From Candidatus Saccharimonadota bacterium (GTDB lineage: Bacteria; Patescibacteriota; Saccharimonadia; Saccharimonadales; SLHW01): DNA of 64,000 nucleotides. The translations under genes were made by a program, and so were the position numbers. Each line of letters begins with the position of its first letter. The first letter of the stretch is position 1. Below the pieces are notes generated by a model. It worked only from the letters and a program-made list of their open reading frames with translations, was not told the origin of the DNA and did no database searches. Of the stretch, positions 55,655 to 64,000 are shown piece by piece. The stretch is from positions 179,071 through 243,070 of the forward strand of contig JBJHDA010000001.1 in the NCBI GenBank assembly GCA_050486305.1, read 5' to 3'.

Positions 55655-57211
55655 CTACCTGAAAGGGTTATGATTGCGTTTACTAGCCAGTATTGCTGAT
55701 ACTGACCAGCCTTGGATTAGTTGAGGAGGTTGCTCTACGAGATGAAGGATATCCCTGTGTGAATCATATACGTAAATCTCGCTATTGTTTAGTTCTACGC
55801 GGTCAACACTGTCGCCACGCACGTGCTCAGGAAAGCAATTTGTTTCTTCTACGATTTTAAATAGTCTAGATTCGATATCCTCCGCTATATCGGTGTAGCC
55901 ATGTTTATACAAGCCGTTAACTATTTGTTTTGTGTCCCACATCCAAATCAGTCCAGTATGATATCCGCCCGGATTGTAGCCTTTTTCTGAGCGGGCTAGC
56001 GTACGTACACCATAAGGGGCTAACATGTCATCACTGGTAATTGTCTCAATGACACCGTAACGTTTTGCGATGGTTTCGCCGTCAATATTGTCAAGAATCC
56101 GGGTCTGGAGCAGATGCCCCATATTAGATGAACGTACTTGAACTTGACGTAGGCTGCCTTTCTCATCTCTGTCCGTGGCAAGCGCAAAGTACCCGCCGTT
56201 CGGGTCGTCGACCCAAAATTTCTCAAGCACTGCCCCGCGTAGCTGCTCAGCTTTTGAGCGTAGTCTGTTGGCTGTTTCTGTGTCATTACAGTGACTTTCG
56301 AGCGTTTCCGCAGCATCAATAAGTGCATCATACGCGAGCCCTTGAACCTCGATGGAGGCAATTCCGGCATCGTGGTTAGCCAAACTCCCATCAGCATGCA
56401 CATACGCTTTCGCAGAATCTTTCCAAGCTTGGCTTGCCATGCCGCCCTTCTGGGCGCCATTTTTAAACTCTAACAGTCCTTCTGGGTTTTGGGACATCCT
56501 ATTTTCTAACCATTCGACAGATAGCCGCAGGCTATCGATTATTGTTCTCTCTTGCTGGTCCAAGGCTGTGTACTGGCTTTGCAGAAAAGCCGGCTCTTTC
56601 CTCGAATGTGTTGCAATAGCAGAAATGAACTGCGGGGTGGCGTCAATCGAGCCGTAAAACGGGAAGCCCCAACCGAGCCTTTCAGAAAACTTTACCCCGA
56701 TGGGATCGTCTGCCGCCCGGTTTAACAGGATGATTCTGCCTGGCTCCTCTTGTCGAAAGGGAGTGCCGGGCATGTAAGTTTCGTGTTTCAGTCCTTGGGT
56801 TTTTGCTAGGTCTATAATCGTAGCTGGCAGTAACGCTGGATAATGCTCGTGCAGATCTAGCGCAATCCTAAGAGCATCTCTACCATGTACGACCTCATAT
56901 TTCCGCAACGCCTCAATATCGGCATTTTCTTCAGTAGATAGAGATGCTACTGCAGGACCTCGTGTACCTATGTATGAGGCATGATCGACCTGACAAAGGC
57001 GTAACAGCTCTCGGACTGCTGAGGCGGGGCGGCTTGGGTGCTGCATACTTACATCTTCTATGTGTACTACGTTTTCGTGGGGCGATAGCCAGTTGTAGCT
57101 CCGATATAGCTCAGTTAACGCGATATTAGCCGGTTGCTCAATTAGTCGTTGCGGCAATTCATCGATGGTAAGAATCGGCGGTTTTATTTTTTCTTGCTCA
57201 AAGTTGTCCAT
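55655..57211 (-). CDS. (alpha/alpha)6-barrel glycosidase, glycogen-debranching (amylo-alpha-1,6-glucosidase/GDE_C)-like
   Basis: 518 aa. HGRDALRIA, FYGSIDATPQFI, WKDS...HADGS, GYHTGLIWMWD patterns typical of GDE_C-type enzymes. Confidence 0.6.
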   Translation of the reverse strand: MDNFEQEKIKPPILTIDELPQRLIEQPANIALTELYRSYNWLSPHENVVHIEDVSMQHPSRPASAVRELLRLCQVDHASYIGTRGPAVASLSTEENADIEALRKYEVVHGRDALRIALDLHEHYPALLPATIIDLAKTQGLKHETYMPGTPFRQEEPGRIILLNRAADDPIGVKFSERLGWGFPFYGSIDATPQFISAIATHSRKEPAFLQSQYTALDQQERTIIDSLRLSVEWLENRMSQNPEGLLEFKNGAQKGGMASQAWKDSAKAYVHADGSLANHDAGIASIEVQGLAYDALIDAAETLESHCNDTETANRLRSKAEQLRGAVLEKFWVDDPNGGYFALATDRDEKGSLRQVQVRSSNMGHLLQTRILDNIDGETIAKRYGVIETITSDDMLAPYGVRTLARSEKGYNPGGYHTGLIWMWDTKQIVNGLYKHGYTDIAEDIESRLFKIVEETNCFPEHVRGDSVDRVELNNSEIYVYDSHRDILHLVEQPPQLIQGWSVSAILASKRNHNPFR

Positions 57212-57240
57212 AATGCTTATCTAATCTATTATCATTATAG

Positions 57241-58617
57241 ATGAGTAAGTCAGTTCACGTAACACAAAAATTGAAAAAATCAGAAATACAAGAGTTGGTT
57301 AATGATGCAGAGTCTATTCTTGACCAGCTCATTACGGATAGGGGTATTTATGCTTCAAGTAGCGAGGGCTGGAAAGGGGTCTATCATGCCTGGTTTGGTC
57401 GTGATAGTGCAATTACGGCAGATCTTATATCTTCTGCGCTTTCACTGGGTGGAAGCACCAAGCTGGCGAAACGAGCACTGGATGCATTACTGTCCTTTGC
57501 TCACTGGCAAGGCACAAAAGACGATGTAAAAACGGGCCAAGAGCTCGGGAAGATACCCCATGAGATAAGAGAAATTCACAAGGAAAACGAAGAAATTCAC
57601 AGCGTTTTACATGCTGCAAATACCAACAAGCTGCCATGGTATGTAGATAAAGGTTCCGGACTAATGCTTAATTGGGACAGCTGTGACAGTACTCCGCTCT
57701 GGATAATTGCAGTCGTTCGATTGCATAAACGGCTTGGAGTGGCGATTAACAAACAAACGAGCGAGCGTATAAGAGCAGGGCTTTTATGGTGCTTGCGCAA
57801 CCTGGAGCAATGTAACGGCCTCGCATGCTTTGTTAGTGCAAGGGAGCAAAAAGGACGGATATACAGCGGCCTAGACAACCAAGGATGGAAGGACAGCTTG
57901 CATATTTACCAATACCCCGATGGTTCTCTTGCAAGACACCCAATAAAAGATATTTTGATAAACGCGGAAGTTTGGACTGCTTTACATCTGGGTGCAGAAG
58001 TATTTCAGCCTCACGACCGTCAATTTGCGGAAGAGTTAAAGAAACAAGCAGAGCTGTTAAAGCGCCGCATTAATACATACGACAAGGGTTTTTTGTACGA
58101 CACAAGTGAATACGAGCAGCCATTTTTTGCTGAAATAATAGATGGTGATAACAAAAAACTTGCACGTACGACCATCGATATCCCGGCATGTCTGTGGGCA
58201 AATTATCAAAACGAAGCGGCTCTTGCTAGCGATGCGATCCCCTACATAGTAAGGCGCACAATGAGTGAGGATATGTTTAATCCCCTGGCTGGCATACGAA
58301 ATTACGGCCTTGGCACAGAGTTTAAGCAAGGCACAGGCTACCATGGCGGCTCAAACGTTTACTGGCCGTTTATGTCTGCGTTGGTGTCGGTTGGCTTTAA
58401 TGAGTTTGGGTATAAGGGTGAAGCGAAGAAGGTCGCATCTGCACTATTGACCGCTATTAAGGCCAATGGCTCTAATATCGAAATGTTCCTAGAAGAGCCT
58501 GACGGTTCATTTGCTAATTGGCATCATCCAACAAAAACAAAGCACCAAAGCGCAGTAGATCAAGCCTGGACTGCTGCAGGAGTGTATTACTGCGGGCATA
58601 TGCTACTCGCAGATTAG
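57241..58617 (+). CDS. (alpha/alpha)6-barrel glycosidase, GDE_C/GH15-like (paralog class of the divergent neighbour)
   Basis: 458 aa. YHAWFGRDSAITADL, DSTPLWI, GWKDSLHIYQYPDGS, YHGGSNVYWPF, DQAWTAAG. Confidence 0.6.
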   Translation: MSKSVHVTQKLKKSEIQELVNDAESILDQLITDRGIYASSSEGWKGVYHAWFGRDSAITADLISSALSLGGSTKLAKRALDALLSFAHWQGTKDDVKTGQELGKIPHEIREIHKENEEIHSVLHAANTNKLPWYVDKGSGLMLNWDSCDSTPLWIIAVVRLHKRLGVAINKQTSERIRAGLLWCLRNLEQCNGLACFVSAREQKGRIYSGLDNQGWKDSLHIYQYPDGSLARHPIKDILINAEVWTALHLGAEVFQPHDRQFAEELKKQAELLKRRINTYDKGFLYDTSEYEQPFFAEIIDGDNKKLARTTIDIPACLWANYQNEAALASDAIPYIVRRTMSEDMFNPLAGIRNYGLGTEFKQGTGYHGGSNVYWPFMSALVSVGFNEFGYKGEAKKVASALLTAIKANGSNIEMFLEEPDGSFANWHHPTKTKHQSAVDQAWTAAGVYYCGHMLLAD

Positions 58618-58680
58618 ACCAAGGAACAACATTAAAGTTGTAATTTATGCTATACTTCGGGTTAGTCTTGGGACTATTTT

Positions 58681-59850
58681 ATGAAAATTGCAGTTATAGC
58701 GCCGCCTTGGCTAAAGACTTATCCAGGCTGCTTCTACGGAATAGAAATATTTATCCATAACCTCTGTAGCGCCCTTCACGAGCAGGGCCACGAGGTGGTT
58801 CTTTTTACAGTAAAGGGTACGACGACTCCAGCAACGAAGCGGTATTGGTACCATGACACGGAGCAATACAAGCATATACACAGACGTTGGTATGAGGCTG
58901 TTCCGGTGGTTGCTGCTCACATGCTCTATAGCCTGAATGTTATACGACAGAGTGGTGATTTCGATATCATTCACGACAATAATAGTTTTATGGGGCCATC
59001 AATGCTTGCGTTCGCCTCTAATGACTTACCGCCGATTTTGCATACCTTGCATGAGCCGCTACAGAATAAAAAACTAGCAAAAAGTAAAATCCCGGATACT
59101 CGTGCTATGTTTGAGGAGTTGAGCCACACCCGGCGGATGTACTTTAACGGTGTATCAGAATCGCAGCTAAAGAATGCGCCAGATAAGCTTAAGTCCCGTA
59201 TCGCCGGAGTTGTCCATAACGCGGTTGATATCTCCGGATATGTTTTCTCAAGCAAAAAACAAAGATATTTTCTGAGTGTTGGGAGAGTTGCGAAAGATAA
59301 AGGTCAAGCAATAGCTGCAAAGCTCTGTAGCGAACTAGGTGTTCCGTTAAAGATGGCTGGAACAGTAGGTGCAACTATCCGGACAAAGCGGCAGCTCCAG
59401 CAAGAGCTAGCCGATCCAACGCCATCATCACGTAAAGACCCAGACTTTTTGTATTATAAAAATAAAGTATTACCCTATATTAAGCCAGGTAAGATTGATT
59501 ACATCGGTACTGTATTTAGCGAGAAAAAAGCTGCACTATTTTCTCAGGCAAGAGCCTTCTTGATGCCGATTACGTGGGAGGAGCCATTTGGCTTAGCGGT
59601 AATTGATGCGCTTGCGAGTGGTACGCCAGTCGTTGCAATGAAGAGAGGTGCTATGCCAGAGATTATCCAGCATGGGGTGAATGGTTTCTTGGCTCGGAAT
59701 GAAGCAGAGTTTAAAAAATACATGCAGCGCGTTGACGAAATCGACCCTGCTGTCTGCCGACAATCCGTAATAGATAATTTCTCTTCAAATGTTATGGCTG
59801 AAAATTATATAAAGCTATATAAAAAAGTAATCGCTTCAGTTGCGCCTTAA
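58681..59850 (+). CDS. Glycosyltransferase family 4 (GT-B, glycogen-synthase-like)
   Basis: 389 aa. MKIAVIAPPW...GIEIFIHNL, C-terminal EEPFGLAVIDALASGTPVVA (E-x7-E region). Confidence 0.75.
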   Translation: MKIAVIAPPWLKTYPGCFYGIEIFIHNLCSALHEQGHEVVLFTVKGTTTPATKRYWYHDTEQYKHIHRRWYEAVPVVAAHMLYSLNVIRQSGDFDIIHDNNSFMGPSMLAFASNDLPPILHTLHEPLQNKKLAKSKIPDTRAMFEELSHTRRMYFNGVSESQLKNAPDKLKSRIAGVVHNAVDISGYVFSSKKQRYFLSVGRVAKDKGQAIAAKLCSELGVPLKMAGTVGATIRTKRQLQQELADPTPSSRKDPDFLYYKNKVLPYIKPGKIDYIGTVFSEKKAALFSQARAFLMPITWEEPFGLAVIDALASGTPVVAMKRGAMPEIIQHGVNGFLARNEAEFKKYMQRVDEIDPAVCRQSVIDNFSSNVMAENYIKLYKKVIASVAP

Positions 59851-60300
59851 GGAAATAGCTCGCTTTATATTCCTGTCTTCATCGCGGCGCTTAATGGTTT
59901 CACGCTTATCGTACTTCTTTTTTCCTCGTGCAGCAGCAATGCGCACCTTTATGTAGCGACCATTTGTAAGTATGTCTAGCGGGATGATAGTTCTCCCCTG
60001 CTGCTTGGCTGTAATGAGGGCGTTTATTTCCTTGCGTTTTGCTAACAGCTTTCTGGCCCGGGTCTGCTCTGCTTCTGGAATATGGATACTCTTATCGCCG
60101 GTAATCGTAGCGTTTATAAGCCATAGTTCGTTGTCTTTTACGGTGACATAAGCGCCGCGCAATTGGCCATGGCCGCGCCTGAGCGATTTGGTTTCCGCAC
60201 CCGTTAGAGCAACACCAACTAACAAGCTATCCTCTACAGCATAGTCGAAACGGGCCCTTCGGTTGGTGATAGCCTTCTTTTCAGGCTTCTTCTTTGCCAT
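59836..60300 (-). CDS. smpB: SsrA-binding protein
   Basis: ITNRRARFDYAVEDSLLVGVALTGAETKSLR..., basic C-terminal tail. ATG at 60300 preferred over the TTG at 60306. Convergent 15-nt overlap with the GT4 gene. Confidence 0.9.
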   Translation of the reverse strand: MAKKKPEKKAITNRRARFDYAVEDSLLVGVALTGAETKSLRRGHGQLRGAYVTVKDNELWLINATITGDKSIHIPEAEQTRARKLLAKRKEINALITAKQQGRTIIPLDILTNGRYIKVRIAAARGKKKYDKRETIKRRDEDRNIKRAISLRRN

Positions 60301-60385
60301 AAGCAATAGTATGCCTTACTTCTCAAAACTTGACAAGTAGTATATTTATATGGTATAGTGTACAATAAGAAAAGTATACTTAAGC

Positions 60386-61579
60386 TTAGCGCTGTTCTCT
60401 AATCTTCTCGTTCAGCTGCCTGGTGTACTGCAGTTCCTCCCGGGCGATCTCCCAGAAGCTGTCATCATCATTGTTGACCTTGCGGTAGTACCACCACTCT
60501 ACGCCCCACATGTCGAGCTCCCGTATACCCGTATCACGGCCGTACTGGAACCGGTCACGTAGCATTTCCGGACTCATAGACTTATAAAGCTCCTCGGTCG
60601 ATGCATCGAGCATGCTCTTGCCGACTGGTAGCCACGGCTCTGCCTGCAGTTCATGGATCACCGTATCACGCCCAGTCGTCAACTTTGCACCCCCAGCTAA
60701 GAATGCATAGAACCAGGCCGGCAGAGGATACTCAAAGTAGCGTTTTGTTATTGTGTTGTCCCAAACACGCTTGTAAATTGAGGCGCCAATGATATCCGCC
60801 CGGGGCTCCCGTACTGGCCAGCTCGGGGTGGCGTTATTACTGCGGCTGACGATAACTGGCTTGGTGGGGTCAAGTTCTTTTACAAATTCAAATGAGTCGA
60901 CAAGCCGTTCGCGGCTGTGATCAGGGCAAACACCAAATACATCAAGAAGAAACTCATTCTCCAGCTGATAACTTACGAGTGCCGGGCTGTCTTTATAGCG
61001 CTCAATGGTTGCCTGCATGTAATCCTTCAGGAGTGGGTACCATGTGTCCATCGGTTCGCCTTGTAGCCAGCTCGGCTTATGGCACTCTGGCCAACGGGGC
61101 TGCCGTAAGCCGATAGCGAGCGAGATAGAGACACCCCGCTCTTCTGCGAACTCAAATTGCCAATCTAGCTCACTAAAGTCGTATACGCCCGGCTCAACTT
61201 CGTGCTCGTTCCAATAGCTGACGAGCCTGAGGTGCTCAAAGCCGAGATCATCCGTCATTGCCAGGTAAACTTCTTGCGGATCGAGACCATAGAAGGCGGC
61301 ATATCGCGGGATAAACGTTGCGCCGATTTGATACGGCCTACCTTGATTGGAGACGATATACCACTGAGCGACGACATACATCAGCATAACGCCAACGAAT
61401 ACAATGGCTAACAGTGCTGCGGTGATGCGACGTGTCCAGGTTTTATTGATCCAGTCGAAAAGTGCATGGTAGACAGAAGACAAAACGGTTCGTAGTTTTT
61501 TTACGAATGGAGCTACAGCGGTACTTTGCTTTTTTTTGGAGGATTTTTTCTTCTTGTTCTGAGTTTTGTTCTTCGGCAT
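60386..61579 (-). CDS. Membrane-anchored TIM-barrel glycoside hydrolase (GH5/GH42-like)
   Basis: 397 aa. Lys-rich N-terminus, TM, FEHLRLVSYWNEHEVEPGVYDFSELD..., YQLENEF (acid/base NE-type motif). Confidence 0.5.
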   Translation of the reverse strand: MPKNKTQNKKKKSSKKKQSTAVAPFVKKLRTVLSSVYHALFDWINKTWTRRITAALLAIVFVGVMLMYVVAQWYIVSNQGRPYQIGATFIPRYAAFYGLDPQEVYLAMTDDLGFEHLRLVSYWNEHEVEPGVYDFSELDWQFEFAEERGVSISLAIGLRQPRWPECHKPSWLQGEPMDTWYPLLKDYMQATIERYKDSPALVSYQLENEFLLDVFGVCPDHSRERLVDSFEFVKELDPTKPVIVSRSNNATPSWPVREPRADIIGASIYKRVWDNTITKRYFEYPLPAWFYAFLAGGAKLTTGRDTVIHELQAEPWLPVGKSMLDASTEELYKSMSPEMLRDRFQYGRDTGIRELDMWGVEWWYYRKVNNDDDSFWEIAREELQYTRQLNEKIREQR

Positions 61580-61600
61580 TTGCTACACTAGTTTACAGTA

Positions 61601-62449
61601 ATGAGAGATAAAACACTAACGCTTAGCGTTATTATACCAACCTATAACGAAGAAGACTACATCGCTGCTTGCCTGGATGCAATTGCAGCGCAGACCGAGA
61701 TGCCAGACGAGGTCATTGTCGTGGATAATAACTCCTCTGACAGCACTGTTAAGATTGCGAAACAATATAGCTTTGTAACGGTGCTAAAAGAATCGGAGCA
61801 AGGCGTCCGGTTTGCAAGGAACACTGGTTTTAATAGGGTCAAGAATGATCTTATCGGACGGATCGATGCCGATACACGTCTCTCGGCTGACTGGTGCAAG
61901 CGTGCCAGAGAGTTGTTTGCCAAAAACCAGACGATTGCTGCTGCGACCGGCCCATGCTCGTATTATGATATGCCGCTCCAGCGAGTTGGCTTGTCACTGG
62001 ATAACGCTGTTCGGCGGACGGTGTTCATGCTCGGTGATATGCCGGTATTATACGGGAGCAACATGGTGCTTAGGACAACTGCTTGGCATGCAATTAGAGG
62101 GGATGTGTGCATGGGCGGAGAGATTTATGAAGATTATGATATCTCAATCCATCTGGCTGACAACGACTTAACAACACTGTATGATCAGCGACTGATTTGT
62201 GGAGTTTCGGCTCGCCGTCTTGATGACGATCCGCGCAGTTTTGCGCGCAATATGCGGCTACATACGCACACCTACGCAGTGCACGGGCTCACAAGTAAGC
62301 TTGGTCGTGCCGGACAGATAGTATATTTAGCGGTATACCCACCTATGAAGGTGCTCAGGAAGCTGTATAGCCCGGAGGAACGAAGGCTGTCGCTCAAGAA
62401 AGCACTGAAGGAAAAGACAACCGCGCGCCCCGATAGCCGGAACTACTAG
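61601..62449 (+). CDS. Glycosyltransferase family 2
   Basis: 282 aa. LSVIIPTYNEEDYI, VVDNNSSD, RIDADT (DxD-type). Confidence 0.8.
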   Translation: MRDKTLTLSVIIPTYNEEDYIAACLDAIAAQTEMPDEVIVVDNNSSDSTVKIAKQYSFVTVLKESEQGVRFARNTGFNRVKNDLIGRIDADTRLSADWCKRARELFAKNQTIAAATGPCSYYDMPLQRVGLSLDNAVRRTVFMLGDMPVLYGSNMVLRTTAWHAIRGDVCMGGEIYEDYDISIHLADNDLTTLYDQRLICGVSARRLDDDPRSFARNMRLHTHTYAVHGLTSKLGRAGQIVYLAVYPPMKVLRKLYSPEERRLSLKKALKEKTTARPDSRNY

Positions 62450-62511
62450 AGCAAAAGTAAAAACACCGCTACTTAAATAACGGTGTTTTATGAGAGTGCG
62501 CTTTTTGCTGC

Positions 62512-62949
62512 TTATTTCTTCTTCTTGATGGATATTTTCTTTGGCTTTGGCAACTCTTTGAATGGGACGGTGACGCTCAAAACACCGTTTTCTAGGTGGG
62601 CATCTATCTTTTCTTCATCAGCATGTTCAGGTAGCTGGATACGCCTGTAGAAGCTGCTGCTTGATTCGCGTACGACATACTTTTTCTTCTTGTCTTCTTC
62701 TTTTTCGTGCTTTTCTGCACGGATAACGAGGGCACCTTTGTCTACACTGATATCGACATCTTGTTCGTCGAAATGCGGCAAATGTGCCTCTACTACCATT
62801 TCGCTGTCATCTTTTGTGTAAACGTCCGTTGCGGGTAGCATGTTTTTCGCCGTACTGAACATGCTGTCATCCCAGCCGTCACCAAAGAATTGCCGTTGCA
62901 GCTCACGCAACTCCTGGAATGGGTCAAACCGTTGTAGTTTATTAGCCAT
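62512..62949 (-). CDS. Hsp20/alpha-crystallin small heat-shock protein
   Basis: 145 aa. PATDVYTKDDSEMVVEAHLPHF..., alpha-crystallin core ending GVLSVTVPF. Confidence 0.9.
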   Translation of the reverse strand: MANKLQRFDPFQELRELQRQFFGDGWDDSMFSTAKNMLPATDVYTKDDSEMVVEAHLPHFDEQDVDISVDKGALVIRAEKHEKEEDKKKKYVVRESSSSFYRRIQLPEHADEEKIDAHLENGVLSVTVPFKELPKPKKISIKKKK

Positions 62950-63031
62950 AGTTCTTACCCCCTTTAATTCATTATTTTTCGTGGATCTCCCTCCTCATCA
63001 GCCTGAGCTGATGAGGGCTCCACCCACTGTA

Positions 63032-63061
63032 ATTATAAAAAAGTTGGCACTCTCATGTCAA
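63032..63061 (-). promoter_or_regulatory. Sigma70-type promoter of hsp20
   Basis: Minus strand TTGACA (63061-63056) - 18 nt - TATAAT (63037-63032). The -35 element sits inside the CIRCE spacer. Confidence 0.6.
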
Positions 63062-63070
63062 GAGTGCTAG
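63044..63070. promoter_or_regulatory. CIRCE operator (HrcA-binding inverted repeat)
   Basis: TTGGCACTC-N9-GAGTGCTAG versus consensus TTAGCACTC-N9-GAGTGCTAA (8/9 in each arm). Confidence 0.75.
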
Positions 63071-63233
63071 CGGCAGTGCGCAGTAGCGTGCTGCCAGGCG
63101 AGGTTAGCTCTCGCGGAAATTTCGAAACCCCGAGTGAGGTGTAGCCGTAGCTACATCGAGATGGATTGACGGAATTTACGTGGAGATAAGCAGTTATGGA
63201 GTGCGCTAATGTGTACTGCATGCTAGCGCTCTT

Positions 63234-63250
63234 GGCATGGTCAAGAGTGC
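63234..63250. repeat. 17-nt repeat GGCATGGTCAAGAGTGC, copy 1 (inside a CIRCE-like IR with 13-nt spacer)
   Basis: Identical to 63483..63499. Shares CATG(G)TCAAGAGTGC with the true CIRCE right half. Context CTAGCGCTC-N13-GAGTGCCAA. Confidence 0.7.
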
Positions 63251-63482
63251 CAAAAATCTATGCATCATATCAGCAAGTTTGTCGGCAAAGCCAACAACTT
63301 TGCTGATATTTTTGACGCATGGCAGTGTTGAAATTTCTAGTGCTCACTTACCGTACCGATTGGTACGGCTCGCTGTGCGCTTCAATTTCGCCTCGCCCTG
63401 GATTCAAATGCAAAGATTTTACCGGCTTGGAGCAGTAAGCGCGATTTTCTGAAGTCCGAGCGAAGCTCAGCTCCTCATCGTG

Positions 63483-63499
63483 GGCATGGTCAAGAGTGC
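63483..63499. repeat. 17-nt repeat GGCATGGTCAAGAGTGC, copy 2 (half-site only)
   Basis: Exact copy of 63234..63250. No convincing left arm. Confidence 0.7.
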
Positions 63500-63522
63500 G
63501 AATAGACTACTAAAACGCTTAG

Positions 63523-64000
63523 CTAAAAATCGATGCCTTTATTGGCGAGATACTTATCGTCGAAGTGGTGTTTGATTTTTTTCATCTCTGTGGCGATGTC
63601 TACGTGCTCTAGAAGCTCTTTGGGAAAGTTGCGACCGGTTAAGCAGAGGCTTGTGCGGTTCGCTTTTTGCGTAATGAGTTTTTTAAGCTGAGACCTTGTT
63701 AGCAGTCCGTCGTGAACAGCGTTATTGATTTCGTCGCAGATGACGAGGTCATAATCGCCGCTTGTCGCACAGTCCATCGCTGTGCTTAAGGTCTCTTTTG
63801 CGGCGGCTTTGTGCTGTGCTTCGGTTACGTGTTGCTCGCTTAACTCACCAGCGTTGTAAAACCCCTTCCCTCCTTTGTAGAGGTATAAATCTTCTTTGTA
63901 TATCGATTGGATATCTCGGATAAATACGTGCTCGCCGACTCCCCAGTATTTTATAAACTGTATATAAGCCACCTTCCAACGGTTACCAAGCGCACGCGCC
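63523..64000 (-). CDS. Cob(I)yrinic acid a,c-diamide adenosyltransferase (CobA/CobO/BtuR family), 5' end beyond right edge
   Basis: The frame stays open to the window edge (...ARALGNRWKVAYIQFIKYWGVGE...). LVICDEINNAV..GLL and SLCLTGRNFPKELLEHVDIATEMKKIKHHF are typical of this family. Confidence 0.75.
   Translation of the reverse strand, partial: ARALGNRWKVAYIQFIKYWGVGEHVFIRDIQSIYKEDLYLYKGGKGFYNAGELSEQHVTEAQHKAAAKETLSTAMDCATSGDYDLVICDEINNAVHDGLLTRSQLKKLITQKANRTSLCLTGRNFPKELLEHVDIATEMKKIKHHFDDKYLANKGIDF

Noticed and set aside
63033-63452. ORFs 63033..63221 (-) and 63237..63452 (+) in the long intergenic region.
   Set aside because: No SD or leaderless promoter is in register. The translations are odd in composition and span the repeated operator-like motifs.
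63044-63499. CRISPR-like array (three copies of a ~15-17-nt motif).
   Set aside because: Only three copies, with very unequal spacing (about 180 and 250 nt). The repeat is far shorter than CRISPR repeats, there are no cas genes, and the first copy is a textbook CIRCE operator.

Overview
This 64-kb window comes from a compact, gene-dense bacterial genome. Intergenic regions are short and many start/stop codons overlap (ATGA/GTGA). The gene content (two sortases, DUF3048, many small membrane proteins, sparse metabolism) suggests a Patescibacteria/CPR organism, possibly Saccharibacteria-like; this is inference and was not checked against any database. Clear housekeeping genes are gltX, xth, pyrH, rlmH, guaB, smpB, a DEAD-box helicase, tRNA-Leu(CAA), tRNA-Ser(GGA) and tRNA-Asn(GUU), ABC transporters, an NfeD-stomatin pair and an Hsp20 gene preceded by a CIRCE operator.

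Four accessory regions stand out:

1. **46.5-55.4 kb, the strongest candidate for something new.** This visibly AT-richer island lies next to tRNA-Asn and carries a truncated large-serine-recombinase remnant and no phage structural genes. Its core is a tightly spaced, same-strand run of five genes on the minus strand; four of them are linked by overlapping or abutting stop/start codons. The order is an S24/LexA-like repressor, a class-III nucleotide cyclase, a 3-TM effector (Pycsar-like pair), a double zinc-ribbon protein and a Toprim/DUF4435-like protein. A NERD + SF1-helicase (Nhi-like) gene follows. Diverging from the repressor is an HNH nuclease coupled to a second effector-like TM protein.
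2. **36.4-44.0 kb.** A copper-handling cluster: CopB-type ATPase, ArsR-YHS regulator, DUF411, CxxC membrane proteins, a multicopper oxidase, and a 705-aa polytopic-membrane + cupredoxin + YVTN beta-propeller fusion.
3. **12.4-15.9 kb.** A membrane-anchored ClpA/B-like double-AAA+ protein with a degenerate first Walker B, coupled to two unknown genes.
4. **62.95-63.5 kb.** A 570-bp non-coding stretch with three copies of a CIRCE-derived motif.

All domain calls come from motif recognition by eye. No searches were run.
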